32,000 nt of DNA from an archaeon GW2011_AR10 (lineage in GTDB: Archaea; Iainarchaeota; Iainarchaeia; Iainarchaeales; GW2011-AR10). The number at the start of each line of letters is the position of its first letter. The stretch's first letter is position 1. The position numbers and the translations under genes are program-made. Below are positions 1-9,214 of the stretch, piece by piece. The DNA lies in assembly GCA_000830275.1 (NCBI GenBank), contig CP010424.1, forward strand, positions 330,001 to 362,000. The letters run 5' to 3'. Below the pieces are notes generated by a model. That model ran no database searches. It worked only from the letters and a program-made list of their open reading frames with translations, and had not been told where the DNA came from.

Positions 1-1
1 A

Positions 2-382
2 AAAGGTTTTTCGCTTGCAATTGCCCCACAGCACGCCAAGGAAATAAAGAGAAGAATCCAACAGATTTCAGTGCCTGGAGCAGTAAGCCTCGGCATTCTT
101 GTTGCAATGGTTGAGCTGCCCTGCACTGGCGGCCCCTACCTTGCAATAACAGCCCTGCTTGCAAGGGAGTTTAACTTTCTTGCATTCATTTACTTGGTGG
201 TTTATAATATGATTTTTGTTTTGCCGTTGGCGGTAATACTTTTGCTTGTATACTTGGGTTACTCGCCTGAAAAAATGAAGCAATGGAAAGAGGGTGCGAG
301 GAAGTGGATGAGGCTTAGCATTGGCTTGTTACTTGTTGCACTTGGAGCATTCCTAATATGGTATTATCTGGCTGCGGTCTGA
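2..382 (+). CDS. CcdA/DsbD_2-like thiol-disulfide membrane protein, C-terminal part (5' end lies outside the window)
   Basis: The frame is open from the window edge, so the ORF-track GTG at 71 is internal. Several hydrophobic helices. The ELPCTGGPY motif resembles the Cys-Pro transmembrane motif of the CcdA/DsbD family. Stop TGA at 380-382. Confidence 0.45.
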   Translation, partial: KGFSLAIAPQHAKEIKRRIQQISVPGAVSLGILVAMVELPCTGGPYLAITALLAREFNFLAFIYLVVYNMIFVLPLAVILLLVYLGYSPEKMKQWKEGARKWMRLSIGLLLVALGAFLIWYYLAAV

Positions 383-393
383 AGAAAAAGGGG

Positions 394-816
394 TTAAATC
401 CTGTTAAAAGAGTAAACCGAAATCGTGAAAATCAGTGTGAGCGAAAGATGGGACAGCATGCACCAAATGCAGACAGCATTTAACACAAACAACATAATGT
501 AGATGAAGTAGAGTGCAATAAGAATTCCTGACCCTGAAAGAACTGCAATTCCAAAAACTGCTTTTTTTGCTGGCAGTTTTCCCTTCAATCCAAGCAAAGC
601 AATAACAAATATTGCTATGAATGCGCTGAAACCAAAGAGCGATACAGGCACTCCAAAAAACTCTGAGTAAATGCTTCCGCTTACAATGTCGCAGCCTCCT
701 CCGGCCTGGCAGCCGAGGCTTGAGGAAGTAACCTTGTTGTATGTTAGCAGAGTGTCAAATGACATTCCTGCGAGTGCAAGCAGAATTATTGCAGTGAAGA
801 CTTTGGAATAATTCAT
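394..816 (-). CDS. Vitamin K epoxide reductase (VKOR) family membrane protein
   Basis: 140 aa and polytopic. It has a loop Cys pair (GCQAGGGC), a conserved S-x-FFGVP segment and a transmembrane CxxC (CIWC), which together are the VKOR signature. A minus-strand TATA (TTTTTATAC, 840-848) lies about 23 nt from the ATG, so the mRNA is near-leaderless. Confidence 0.75.
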   Translation of the reverse strand: MNYSKVFTAIILLALAGMSFDTLLTYNKVTSSSLGCQAGGGCDIVSGSIYSEFFGVPVSLFGFSAFIAIFVIALLGLKGKLPAKKAVFGIAVLSGSGILIALYFIYIMLFVLNAVCIWCMLSHLSLTLIFTISVYSFNRI

Positions 817-900
817 TGTATGAAAGATGCATATTTTAGTATAAAAACGTTTCTGGCGGCGTGCTGGCTCAGTTCAGTTAACTTTCTTCAGGGAAAGCAT

Positions 901-908
901 TTTATATA
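901..908 (+). promoter_or_regulatory. TATA box (TTTATATA) for the small membrane-protein gene
   Basis: Consensus-like archaeal TATA 29 nt upstream of the ATG at 937. It shares a divergent promoter region with the VKOR gene. Confidence 0.45.
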
Positions 909-936
909 TGGTTGAATTATTATCAATTGGTTTTCA

Positions 937-1185
937 ATGAAGAAACTAGTGGCTGAAGGGCTGAAAATTCTTATCCTTTTTTTGGCGGCAGCAGGTCTTT
1001 TTGGTTTGGTAATTTCATCATTTTTTCAGGGAATCATACTGCAGCTTGCTGGAAACAGCTTCAATGCGGCAATTCACTATACTCTCGCTGGAATCTCAGC
1101 AGTTGTGCTGCTGCTTGTCGGCTATGAAATCCTTAGGATTGCAAACACGTTTGACATAATCAGTTATCTTGCAAAGCTCAGGTAG
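937..1185 (+). CDS. Hypothetical small membrane protein (82 aa, two hydrophobic helices)
   Basis: ATG start, TATA box upstream, strongly hydrophobic sequence. I recognise no family. Confidence 0.4.
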   Translation: MKKLVAEGLKILILFLAAAGLFGLVISSFFQGIILQLAGNSFNAAIHYTLAGISAVVLLLVGYEILRIANTFDIISYLAKLR

Positions 1186-1241
1186 TTGGTTAGCAACATA
1201 AAGGATTTTAATTAAACCAATAGTTGTTTTTTAGTGGTTGG

Positions 1242-2072
1242 ATGAAAAAGTTGCTTTTTGGCACAGCCGGCATTCCTTCCTCAACTCAGGGCGATACAGT
1301 TGAAGGAGTGAAACAGGTTAGAAAGCTTGGCCTTGATGCAATGGAACTAGAGTTTGTTAGAAATGTAAACTTAAGTGAGGAAAAGGCACTGGAAGTAAAA
1401 AGGGCAGCTGAAGAAAACAGGGTGGTGCTTACTTGCCATGGCCAGTACTTCATTAATCTTAACGCGGTTGACAAAAAAAAGCTTGAAGCCAGCAAGAAGC
1501 GGGTTTTGGCTGCTGCAAGGCGTTCCTTTCAGGCTGGTGCGTGGAGTGTGTGCTTTCATCCGGCTTACCTTTTAGGGATGCCTGAAAAAAAAGTTTACGA
1601 GAACGTAAAGAGCGCGGTAAAGGAACTTGTTGGTCAGCTTAAGGATGAAGGCGTTACCATTTGGGTAAGGCCGGAAACAGCCGGAAAGCTTTCACAGTTT
1701 GGCTCGGTTGATGAGCTGATTTCCATGAGTGAGGAACTAGAACAAGTAATGCCCTGCATTGACTTCTCGCATGTTTGCGCCAGAAGCAATGGAAAGGAAA
1801 ACGAATTTGACGCATTTGCATTAATTTTGTCCAAGGTTGAGAAGAGACTTGGAAAGGATGCACTTAATAATCTTCACATCCATGCTCAGGGCATAGAGTT
1901 CAATGAGAAAGGGGAGCGAAGGCATATGATGCTGAACGAGTCAGACTTCAATTATAATGATTTGCTGAAGGCACTTAAAGAATTCAATGCAAAAGGCGTT
2001 GTTATTTGCGAGAGCCCTGTGCTGGAAGAGGACGCCCTCATTCTTGCAAGAGAGTATGCAAAAATAGGGTAG
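1242..2072 (+). CDS. Endonuclease IV-like / xylose-isomerase-like TIM-barrel protein
   Basis: Motifs parallel AP_endonuc_2: TCHGQYFINLNA (HAPY-INL-like), VRPETAGK (ENxAG-like), CIDFSHVCA (C-DTCH-like), LHIHAQG. The ATG at 1242 (MKKLLFG) is preferred over the ORF-track TTG at 1224. Confidence 0.6.
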   Translation: MKKLLFGTAGIPSSTQGDTVEGVKQVRKLGLDAMELEFVRNVNLSEEKALEVKRAAEENRVVLTCHGQYFINLNAVDKKKLEASKKRVLAAARRSFQAGAWSVCFHPAYLLGMPEKKVYENVKSAVKELVGQLKDEGVTIWVRPETAGKLSQFGSVDELISMSEELEQVMPCIDFSHVCARSNGKENEFDAFALILSKVEKRLGKDALNNLHIHAQGIEFNEKGERRHMMLNESDFNYNDLLKALKEFNAKGVVICESPVLEEDALILAREYAKIG

Positions 2073-2081
2073 GTTTTGGAA

Positions 2082-2564
2082 ATGGAGGAAAGGGAACTGA
2101 AAAAAGTAATTGAGGCATCTCTTTTCATGGCGCCAGGCGCTGTTTCCTTGGTTGAGCTCGCAAGAATTGCAAAAACAAATGTCGCAGAAATAAGGATTGC
2201 GGTTAACGAACTAATCCACGAATTTGAAAACAGGGATTCTGCGCTTGAAATAAGGCTGGAAGAACAGGGCATAAGAATGGCTGTTAAAAAAGAGCTTGAG
2301 GGAACAGTTGGGCATATGGCTGCAGCTCCCGGGCTGCATAAAGGAATAATGAAGACGCTTGCATTCATTTCATACAAGCAGCCCGTAAAGCAAAGTGAAA
2401 TAATCAGGTTCAGGAACAACAAGGCTTATGACCATATTAAGGTGCTAGAGGATAAGGGGTTTATAAGAAGGGAAGAGGCAGGAAGAAGCTACATTGTTTT
2501 TACAACAAAAAAATTTCTTGACTATTTTGGCTCTGCTGCATTGGAGAAAAAGCAGGGCGCTTAA
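2082..2564 (+). CDS. scpB: Segregation and condensation protein B
   Basis: EASLFMAPGAVSLVELARIA followed by two winged-helix-like halves (TLAFISYKQPVKQSEII, LEDKGFIRR), typical of ScpB. ATG at 2082. A T7 run at 2663-2669 lies downstream. Confidence 0.8.
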   Translation: MEERELKKVIEASLFMAPGAVSLVELARIAKTNVAEIRIAVNELIHEFENRDSALEIRLEEQGIRMAVKKELEGTVGHMAAAPGLHKGIMKTLAFISYKQPVKQSEIIRFRNNKAYDHIKVLEDKGFIRREEAGRSYIVFTTKKFLDYFGSAALEKKQGA

Positions 2565-2683
2565 AGCATTTCAGCAAACGGAAACCGAAAACTTTAAATA
2601 CTTCCTTTGGAGCAATGTTATACTGTGAGCCTGATCCCGATTTCTTGAATTAAATGCATTGGTTTTTTTATTCTCTAATTCTC

Positions 2684-3154
2684 TTATTTTTCTTCTTCAG
2701 CTTTTTCAAATGTGATTTCAAGAATGCCGTTATTGAAAGACTTTCTAGCTGGCTCATGTTTTACTATGTTCTTTAGTTCGACAAGCTTGTAGAATGGAGT
2801 TGGTGAAGCAATGGTCAGTAGAACTTTGCTGCCTGAGACCCTTATGCCGATTTCTTCAGGTTTTGTGTTATGAAGCTCCAGCACAATAGTGGAGTTGTTT
2901 TCAGTTTCAATTACTTCAAACAGGTATTTGTTTTTATTCAATCTTTGCTGGTATAATGAGTCAATGTTCTGCAGGCTCCTGATGCGCGGCCTTCCATTTG
3001 CGTCAAGAGTGATTGAAAAACTCATTATGAATGGCGTGTTATGGTTAATCATTGAATAGTCTAGCGAATTCTCAAGAATTTCAAGGATTATCTCCTCAAG
3101 CCGCCTAATGTCTGTAGCATCATTGATATTAGATATTTTTTTACCTGAAGCCAT
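2684..3154 (-). CDS. Hsp20/alpha-crystallin-domain protein
   Basis: The C-terminal half fits the ACD pattern: FEVIETENNSTIVLELHNTKPEEIGIRVSGSKVLLTIA ... FNNGILEITFEK. The N-terminal half is unassigned. It lies 4 nt downstream of rnhB on the same strand. Confidence 0.55.
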   Translation of the reverse strand: MASGKKISNINDATDIRRLEEIILEILENSLDYSMINHNTPFIMSFSITLDANGRPRIRSLQNIDSLYQQRLNKNKYLFEVIETENNSTIVLELHNTKPEEIGIRVSGSKVLLTIASPTPFYKLVELKNIVKHEPARKSFNNGILEITFEKAEEEK

Positions 3155-3158
3155 TCAA

Positions 3159-3818
3159 TCACTTCCATTGTACAATTTTTTTCTGGAATTTTTCCTCCAG
3201 AATTCTTTGATTGGTTATCCAGCTCTTTCTTGCAATGAAAGGCAGTGAATTATTTTGATGCAAGTACTTCCTTAAAAAACCAATAGTAATTTCGTCGTGC
3301 GGATAACCGCTGCCGAGTGGCCCAAAATCTTTTTCAAGTTCTTTCAATGCACTGTCCCTTTCAACTTTTGAAACAATTGATGCAGCACTAACAACAGGGT
3401 ATTTTTGATCGGCCTTGTGCTCTGCCCTGATTATCGGGTTGAACGAAATGAATTTCCTTATTCTTTTCTCAAACTCTGAGCTTATAACGTCTGGGCTGTC
3501 GACATACACGACTTCTGGTTTCTCTTCAAGCCCCTCAAGGAGCTCGCCCACGCGCATTGCTTCAACTTCGTTCAGAGACTTTCGGTCCCGCAGTGAATCT
3601 ATTTCCTCGGCTTCAATTCTAACGAATCTGAATTCCTTCAAAATTTTTTTAAGCTCCCTAAACTGGCGTTCTCGTTCCCGTGCAGAAAGGAGTTTGCTGT
3701 CTTTTACGCCCAACTCAATAAGCTTTTCCTCATCTCTTTTCTCGATACAGGCAACAGATATGACGAGCGGCCCAATGCAGGGCCCTCTGCCTGCTTCATC
3801 AATTCCTGCAATAAGCAT
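3159..3818 (-). CDS. rnhB: Ribonuclease HII
   Basis: N-terminal IAGIDEAGRGPCIGPLVI catalytic motif, and the length and layout of archaeal RNase HII. Confidence 0.92.
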   Translation of the reverse strand: MLIAGIDEAGRGPCIGPLVISVACIEKRDEEKLIELGVKDSKLLSARERERQFRELKKILKEFRFVRIEAEEIDSLRDRKSLNEVEAMRVGELLEGLEEKPEVVYVDSPDVISSEFEKRIRKFISFNPIIRAEHKADQKYPVVSAASIVSKVERDSALKELEKDFGPLGSGYPHDEITIGFLRKYLHQNNSLPFIARKSWITNQRILEEKFQKKIVQWK

Positions 3819-3922
3819 TTTCCCCTATGTAATAGGAGTTTGCAGTTAAAAAGAATTTCGTATGAGTGCCTGCCAGAAAGCTTCTTATTAAAAAAATTTC
3901 TGCCTACATTTTTATGTTCACT

Positions 3923-4183
3923 ATGAGGGCAATAGTTAAGAATTTCAGAAGAGGAAGAAACAGGACGAGGTCAAACCAGCTTGTGCTGGACATTGCAAAA
4001 ATCACTTCAGCCAGAGACGCTTACAGAATGATTGGCAGAAAGGTTCTCATAACTCTTCCTGCAGGCAAAAAGCTCATCGGGAAAATAATTTCCACGCACG
4101 GCTCAAAGGGAAGAGTAAGAGCACATTTTCAAAAAGGGCTGCCTGGAGATGCGCTCGGCGTAAAAGCAGTGATTTCAGACTAA
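3923..4183 (+). CDS. rpl35ae: 50S ribosomal protein L35Ae (eL33)
   Basis: MRAIVKNFRRGRN...THGSKGRVRAHFQKGLPGDALG matches the L35Ae pattern. The start is moved to the ATG at 3923 (ATG 3914 is also possible) because the ORF-track start adds a non-homologous extension. Confidence 0.8.
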   Translation: MRAIVKNFRRGRNRTRSNQLVLDIAKITSARDAYRMIGRKVLITLPAGKKLIGKIISTHGSKGRVRAHFQKGLPGDALGVKAVISD

Positions 4184-4211
4184 TGCTTCAAAATAAGGCT
4201 GGCTTATTGGG

Positions 4212-4529
4212 TCACTTCAGTTGAAGTAGCCTTCTGTTTGCCCTGTCAACTTCCTTATCGCAAGCCTTGCACTCATTTATGGTATCAAGAATTAGGCTTT
4301 TGTTGAAGCGGGCATTCTCAATTTCTGAAATAGGGCCCTCTTTTCTAGCTAAGTTGAATTCGCCAACATATGCGTCATACATTAAGTTCAAAGACTCAAG
4401 CACTTTGCGCTTTTCCTCTTCAGTCGTTCTAAGCATGCGCCTTGAAGAACAAAACCTGCAGATGTTCCTAGTTGAATTGATAGTTCCCTTCTCCATAGTA
4501 AAAATATTGCTGATGGGATATTTAAACAT
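4212..4529 (-). CDS. Hypothetical 4-Cys (CxxC...CxxC) small protein
   Basis: 105 aa with CRFC and CKAC pairs about 60 aa apart. A minus-strand TATA (ATATAAAAA, plus-strand coordinates 4557-4565) is centred about 30 nt upstream of the ATG, so the mRNA is near-leaderless. No family recognised. Confidence 0.4.
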   Translation of the reverse strand: MFKYPISNIFTMEKGTINSTRNICRFCSSRRMLRTTEEEKRKVLESLNLMYDAYVGEFNLARKEGPISEIENARFNKSLILDTINECKACDKEVDRANRRLLQLK

Positions 4530-4621
4530 AGCTTCAGAGCATCCCCTAGAAAAAGGTTTTTATATGGGTTTGAAAGCAGCTACTGTTGAATTAGAAAAAG
4601 AAAAAAAGGGAAGGGTGCTTT

Positions 4622-5527
4622 TTAAGCAACCACTTCAATGTTGAGCTTCTTTCTCAGTTCCCTGTACCTGTTTCGGATTGTAACCTCGGTTACGCCTGCA
4701 ACATTTGCGACCTCTTTCTGGGTTCTGCGCTCGCCCTTCAAGAGCCCTGCAATGTAGACCGCTGCAGCTGCAACCCCGGTTGGGCCCCTTCCACTTATGA
4801 GGCCATTGCTGATTGCTTTTTCGAGTATTTTCCTTCCTTCCTCTTGCACTTCACCTGAAAGGTTCAACTCGGAGGCAAACCTCGGAATATAATGAACGGG
4901 GTTTGTGAGAGGCACGTCCAGCTTCAGCTCCCTAACCAAGAACCTGTAAGTTCTCCCAATTTCTTTCTTGGTTAAACCTGATGCTTCAGCCATCTCATTA
5001 AGGGTTCTGGGAACATTGTATGTTCTGCACACAGTGTAGAGCACTGCTGCAACAACCGCTTCAATTAGCCTTCCCCTAATGAGGCCTTTCTTGACGGTTT
5101 TCCTGTAAAGCAGTGCAGCTGTCTCAATCAACTGCTCCGGAATGTTCAAGTAAGAGGCAACCCTTCTCAGCTCGGTTAAAGCAATTGAAAGGTTTCTCTG
5201 CATTGAAGAGCTGATTGAAGCACGCTTATGCCACTTGATAAGCCTGTACATTTGTGCCCTGCTTTTGCTTGAAAGCTTGTTGCCGCGAAGGTCTGTTCCG
5301 CGCCTGTCAATCATTGTTACAAGGCCCTTGTTGAGCTTGACATACTTCATTGGAGAACCTGTTCTGGCTCTTTCCTCCATCTGGTCAGAGTCAAAGCTCC
5401 TCCACTCCTTGCCCAAATCCACTAAGTCGTCAGACAGAATAAGGCCACATTGATTGCACACTATTTCTCCTCTTTCGTCGTCTCTCCTCAACTTTATGCT
5501 CCCGCATTCAGGACATTTTTCACTCAT
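4622..5527 (-). CDS. tfb: Transcription initiation factor IIB (TFB)
   Basis: N-terminal Zn ribbon CPECGS...CNQCG followed by two cyclin-like repeats and a C-terminal HTH (TQKEVANVAGVTEVTIRNRY). Confidence 0.95.
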   Translation of the reverse strand: MSEKCPECGSIKLRRDDERGEIVCNQCGLILSDDLVDLGKEWRSFDSDQMEERARTGSPMKYVKLNKGLVTMIDRRGTDLRGNKLSSKSRAQMYRLIKWHKRASISSSMQRNLSIALTELRRVASYLNIPEQLIETAALLYRKTVKKGLIRGRLIEAVVAAVLYTVCRTYNVPRTLNEMAEASGLTKKEIGRTYRFLVRELKLDVPLTNPVHYIPRFASELNLSGEVQEEGRKILEKAISNGLISGRGPTGVAAAAVYIAGLLKGERRTQKEVANVAGVTEVTIRNRYRELRKKLNIEVVA

Positions 5528-5732
5528 TATATCTCACCCTGCTGTTGATAGAACCTCTAAATACGCTTTAGATGGCACTTAAACAAATAGTTCCAACTCT
5601 AAAACGCAAAAAGAGACCATTAGAAATCTATATTAATTTGCTGTGGAGCAGCTATTTAAACCTTTCGGTTTGATTATGAAATCAAAAAACAGTTTTTTGG
5701 CCTTAAAATGTGCCTTAAGAAGAGTTAGAAAC

Positions 5733-6152
5733 CTACTTTTTTTCCTCTACAAGAATGGCGTTGACTGCTCCGTCCTGCCCCGGCCTGCTTGAAACCTTGG
5801 CAATTCTTTCACTGCCGTCAAGTTTCACCCTAATAAGTGCCCCTTTTGTGATTATGTTTCTCCTGGTGAACAGCCTGTTGGCATCGTTCTGGTGAACACT
5901 CAAAATTTGTGCCTTTTTGCTTTTCTGGTCATTCGGGTTTAAAACATTGGCATAAAAAACGCTTTTTGCTGCAAGCTTGTTGGTTCCTCCAACTCCATCC
6001 ATTAAATCAACCCTTGCCTTTTCATCGCTGTCAGCAATTGTGGTTAGAGTTGTATCTCCCCCCTTCCATGAAAGCCTCTTATCTGATCTGTTTCGGCTGT
6101 TCCTTACCCCGCCTGAAGGCTTTCTTACTGATTTCATGTGCCATTGTGTCAT
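5733..6152 (-). CDS. rps8e: 30S ribosomal protein S8e
   Basis: MTQWHMKSVRKPSGG...GGTNK...ITKGA pattern of S8e. Start placed at MTQWH, whereas the ORF track begins 4 codons earlier. Confidence 0.85.
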   Translation of the reverse strand: MTQWHMKSVRKPSGGVRNSRNRSDKRLSWKGGDTTLTTIADSDEKARVDLMDGVGGTNKLAAKSVFYANVLNPNDQKSKKAQILSVHQNDANRLFTRRNIITKGALIRVKLDGSERIAKVSSRPGQDGAVNAILVEEKK

Positions 6153-6217
6153 GCAAATCTCCAAAAATTAATTTAGCAATAAATGTTTAATTATTACTGT
6201 CATTAGCTATAGTTAAC

Positions 6218-6760
6218 ATGCTGTTAAAGCCGATTAGTTCCCTTAAAGCAGGAATCCTGACTGGCTCAATTAAAGTAAATAGTGTAGGGTCAACAATAAA
6301 AAAGCTATCGGTTTACTGTTCCGGCAAGCAGTTTGTTCAGCTGTGTTATGCTGCTCCAATTGCCTCAATTGACCAAGTTTTTTTTGCTTTAGAGCAAACA
6401 ATAAGCGCCTTTGATTCTGGCGCAAACTTTTCAAAAAAGCAGGAGTTGGAGTTCTTAATCCGCTTGACTGGCAGGAAGCAGATAAGCAGGGCGCTTGACT
6501 TAACAGGGCTGAAAAAAGGCATGAATACTGCCCTGCTCGTAATAGTTGCTTCCAATGAAAAAGAAATAAAAAAAATTTTTAATGAAATAAAAATGCAAAC
6601 CGGGTTCAAGGAAAAAAAAATCGATTTCAAAAAAAATGAAAAAGAACTGATTAAAATCCACGGCATACTGCAAAAAGAAATTGATGCGCTCAAAGATTTG
6701 AAAAACCCGGTGCAAGAACTAGTGCTTGAAAAAATTGCATTGGTTGCGCTTGAAAACTAA
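6218..6760 (+). CDS. cgi121: KEOPS complex subunit Cgi121
   Basis: ELEFLIRLTGRKQISRALDLTG and the C-terminal VLEKIALVALEN closely parallel archaeal Cgi121 (compare ..GQRQI..AI..G and VLEKIALIEL). Confidence 0.75.
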   Translation: MLLKPISSLKAGILTGSIKVNSVGSTIKKLSVYCSGKQFVQLCYAAPIASIDQVFFALEQTISAFDSGANFSKKQELEFLIRLTGRKQISRALDLTGLKKGMNTALLVIVASNEKEIKKIFNEIKMQTGFKEKKIDFKKNEKELIKIHGILQKEIDALKDLKNPVQELVLEKIALVALEN

Positions 6761-6788
6761 TGCTTTTAACTCACCAATTATATAAATT

Positions 6789-9041
6789 CTACTCTTCCTT
6801 GTACTTTTCTCCCAGAACTTTCATAATCTGCTTTGCTTTCTTTGGCCCAAGCTTTTCAATTTCCTGCAGCTGCTTTTCATCCGCGTCAACTATTCCCTTA
6901 ATCGAACCAAAATGTTTTAGTAAGCTCTTTGCAAGGGTTGGCCCAACTAAAGGCAAAGATTCAGCAATGAAGCGCTGCTGTTCCGCAAGGGTTAAGCCTT
7001 TTCTGCCAACTCTCAGCCTTATGTCCTTCTCTGCTGCAAGCTGCTCTCGCCTTGCAATAACCATCAGAAACTCGGCTGTTTCGTTTTCATCTTCAGTGAA
7101 AAGCACTGGCACCTTATAGTTCAATGCGATTGATGAAAGCGCGCCGATTATTGCATTGCGGTGAATGTCGCGCAAGGAAAACAAGTCTGATCTGCTTCCT
7201 TCAACCAACACAAGCGGGGAAGCGTAATTCTCTGACATTTTCATGAGCTGCGTGAACAGCCTTCCATCAACCATGCTCTGCAGGAAATCCTCAACAGTTT
7301 TTCTCTCCACAACAACGTCATCGCTTAACACAAAGTCTCCGACTTCAAGCTGCTTCACTTTGATCAGCGCACCCATTTCCGAAAGGGTTTTTGAAACGCT
7401 GGAACTCTGTTCCCTTGTGTCAACATAGACAAGCACCTGTTCTTTTGCTTTTTCAATGTATTTAACCAAAGTGCTCTGCTTTGGCAGTGAGCTGCTGTTC
7501 TGCATTCCGTGCAGGGTTTCCTGCATTCTCCGCTCCTTTGCAACAGAAGAATAGTAGAATATTTCGTCTCTTGTGCCTTTTGCAAGCAAACCAATTACTT
7601 TTCCTTTTCCAAATCTTCCTGTTCTGCCTCTGCGTTGGATTGAACGGATTTCGCTTGGCACTGCTTCATATAACACAACTAGGTCAACTGACGGAATGTC
7701 AAGGCCTTCCTCTGCAACAGAGCTGCAGAGCAGGCAGTTGAACTTTCCTTCCCTGAATTCTTCCAGCAATTTTATCTGCTCCTTTTGCGTCATTCCTTTC
7801 TCATTTCCCTTGTCTGCTTGGCCTACAAAGCGCGTTGCCCTGATGCTAGTAAACCCCTTGAGGTATTTTTCAAGGTATTTTATTGAATCCCTGTAATGGT
7901 TGAAAACAAGGACCCTGCTTTCAGGGTTTTCAAGAAATTGCTTTTCAAGTATTTCCTTCAGCTTTAAGAGTTTTGGGTGGTTAATGCCCTGCTGTTTCAG
8001 CTTTCCTGAAAGCAACAGTGCTTCCTGTATTCCGTCATCGTTTAGCAAAAACTTTAATGCCTTTGAAGTGTTTTTTCCTGAGGCTTCTTTCATTCTATGA
8101 AAATAGTCTTCCAGTGAAAAAATTCCTTGGGTTTCAAGCAGGGTGTGAGCATGACTGATTTTAAGCAAAGCTGCAATCCGGGAAGCTGCAACATATACCT
8201 GCGGGTGCTCCTTTGCTTTCAGGCCAATGTCTCTCCTGATAATGGCTTGAAGCTCAAGCAACTGCTTTTTGCCGAAGTACTTTGAGTTGATTGTCCGGGC
8301 ATAGCCTAGTTTTTTCATGAACAGCAGTTGTTCTTTCATGAATATTTCAAGCAACTGCTTTATTTCCTGAAAAACCTGCGGGAGCTCGACTCTAATCCAC
8401 TGAAACTCTATTTCCTGGGAGTAGGGCTTGACATCTGCACTTTCGCTTGTCTTAATCTCAACGTTTTGAATGAACAGGTTCTTGCATACATCCTGGATTT
8501 TTTCCTCTTCACTTCCAGGGGAAGCCGTTAAGGCAAGAATGTGCGGGCTCAATGCTTTTTTAATGTACTGCTGTGCAATGAAAACATATCCATAGTCTTT
8601 AACCGCTCGGTGTGCTTCATCAAAAATAATCAGCCCAACATCTTGCAGCGAGACTCTGCCAGCCATTAAGTCATTCTCAATTGTCTGCGGTGTGGCAGCT
8701 ATGATGCTTGAGTTTTCCCATGCCTTCGCACGCTCTTTTGGTGCAACTGCTCCTGTAAGAAGGGTTATTTCTTTTTCCGGCAGCTTCAGGAATTTCCTGA
8801 AGCTTTTCTCGTGCTGAACAGCTAAAGGCTTTGTTGGAGCGAGAAACAGCACCTTTTTTTGCCGGTTTTTTTCGAGCACGAATGCACTAGCCATAATTGC
8901 AATAATTGTTTTCCCCAAAGCAGTCGGGGCAACAATTAGTGTGTTGCCTTTCTCAAGCACTCTTGCAACAAGTACCTCTTGGTAAAGCCTTGACTGAATT
9001 GAATTCTCTTTAATCAGCGGGTGGGATATAAATTCGGGCAT
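6789..9041 (-). CDS. hef: Hef: helicase-associated endonuclease for fork-structured DNA (SF2 helicase + ERCC4/XPF nuclease + HhH2)
   Basis: Walker A APTALGKT, DEAH box (FDEAHRA), helicase motif VI QRRGRTGR, an ERCC4 nuclease core (VDTREQ...GDFVL...VERKTVEDF) and a C-terminal helix-hairpin-helix pair. Confidence 0.92.
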   Translation of the reverse strand: MPEFISHPLIKENSIQSRLYQEVLVARVLEKGNTLIVAPTALGKTIIAIMASAFVLEKNRQKKVLFLAPTKPLAVQHEKSFRKFLKLPEKEITLLTGAVAPKERAKAWENSSIIAATPQTIENDLMAGRVSLQDVGLIIFDEAHRAVKDYGYVFIAQQYIKKALSPHILALTASPGSEEEKIQDVCKNLFIQNVEIKTSESADVKPYSQEIEFQWIRVELPQVFQEIKQLLEIFMKEQLLFMKKLGYARTINSKYFGKKQLLELQAIIRRDIGLKAKEHPQVYVAASRIAALLKISHAHTLLETQGIFSLEDYFHRMKEASGKNTSKALKFLLNDDGIQEALLLSGKLKQQGINHPKLLKLKEILEKQFLENPESRVLVFNHYRDSIKYLEKYLKGFTSIRATRFVGQADKGNEKGMTQKEQIKLLEEFREGKFNCLLCSSVAEEGLDIPSVDLVVLYEAVPSEIRSIQRRGRTGRFGKGKVIGLLAKGTRDEIFYYSSVAKERRMQETLHGMQNSSSLPKQSTLVKYIEKAKEQVLVYVDTREQSSSVSKTLSEMGALIKVKQLEVGDFVLSDDVVVERKTVEDFLQSMVDGRLFTQLMKMSENYASPLVLVEGSRSDLFSLRDIHRNAIIGALSSIALNYKVPVLFTEDENETAEFLMVIARREQLAAEKDIRLRVGRKGLTLAEQQRFIAESLPLVGPTLAKSLLKHFGSIKGIVDADEKQLQEIEKLGPKKAKQIMKVLGEKYKEE

Positions 9042-9172
9042 GTGCTGACAGAATAGTTTGTTAAATTACTTTAAATGTATTCATGGCCTTGCTTCTTAAT
9101 TGCGTCAATTAAAACAAATTATTCAAAAAACAGAGCATTTTGCGGGGTTTTAAGGCAAAAAAGGCAGTTATT

Positions 9173-9180
9173 TTTATATA
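9173..9180 (+). promoter_or_regulatory. TATA box (TTTATATA) with purine-rich BRE-like upstream segment, histone promoter
   Basis: AAAAAAGGCAGTTATTTTTATATATTT lies 35 nt upstream of the histone TTG start. Confidence 0.5.
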
Positions 9181-9214
9181 TTTGTCGTATTAATTGGTTT
9201 TCTGAGGTAATTGA

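Noticed and set aside
2593-2671. TATA-like CTTTAAATAC (nearly identical to the box at 21117) between convergent scpB and the Hsp20-like gene. A 55-nt segment with a CAATG/CATTG closing stem and a T7 run follows it, which could be a small RNA.
   Set aside because: No box C/D, tRNA or other RNA signature was found. The T7 run is adequately explained as the scpB terminator. A single TATA-like match in AT-rich DNA is weak evidence.
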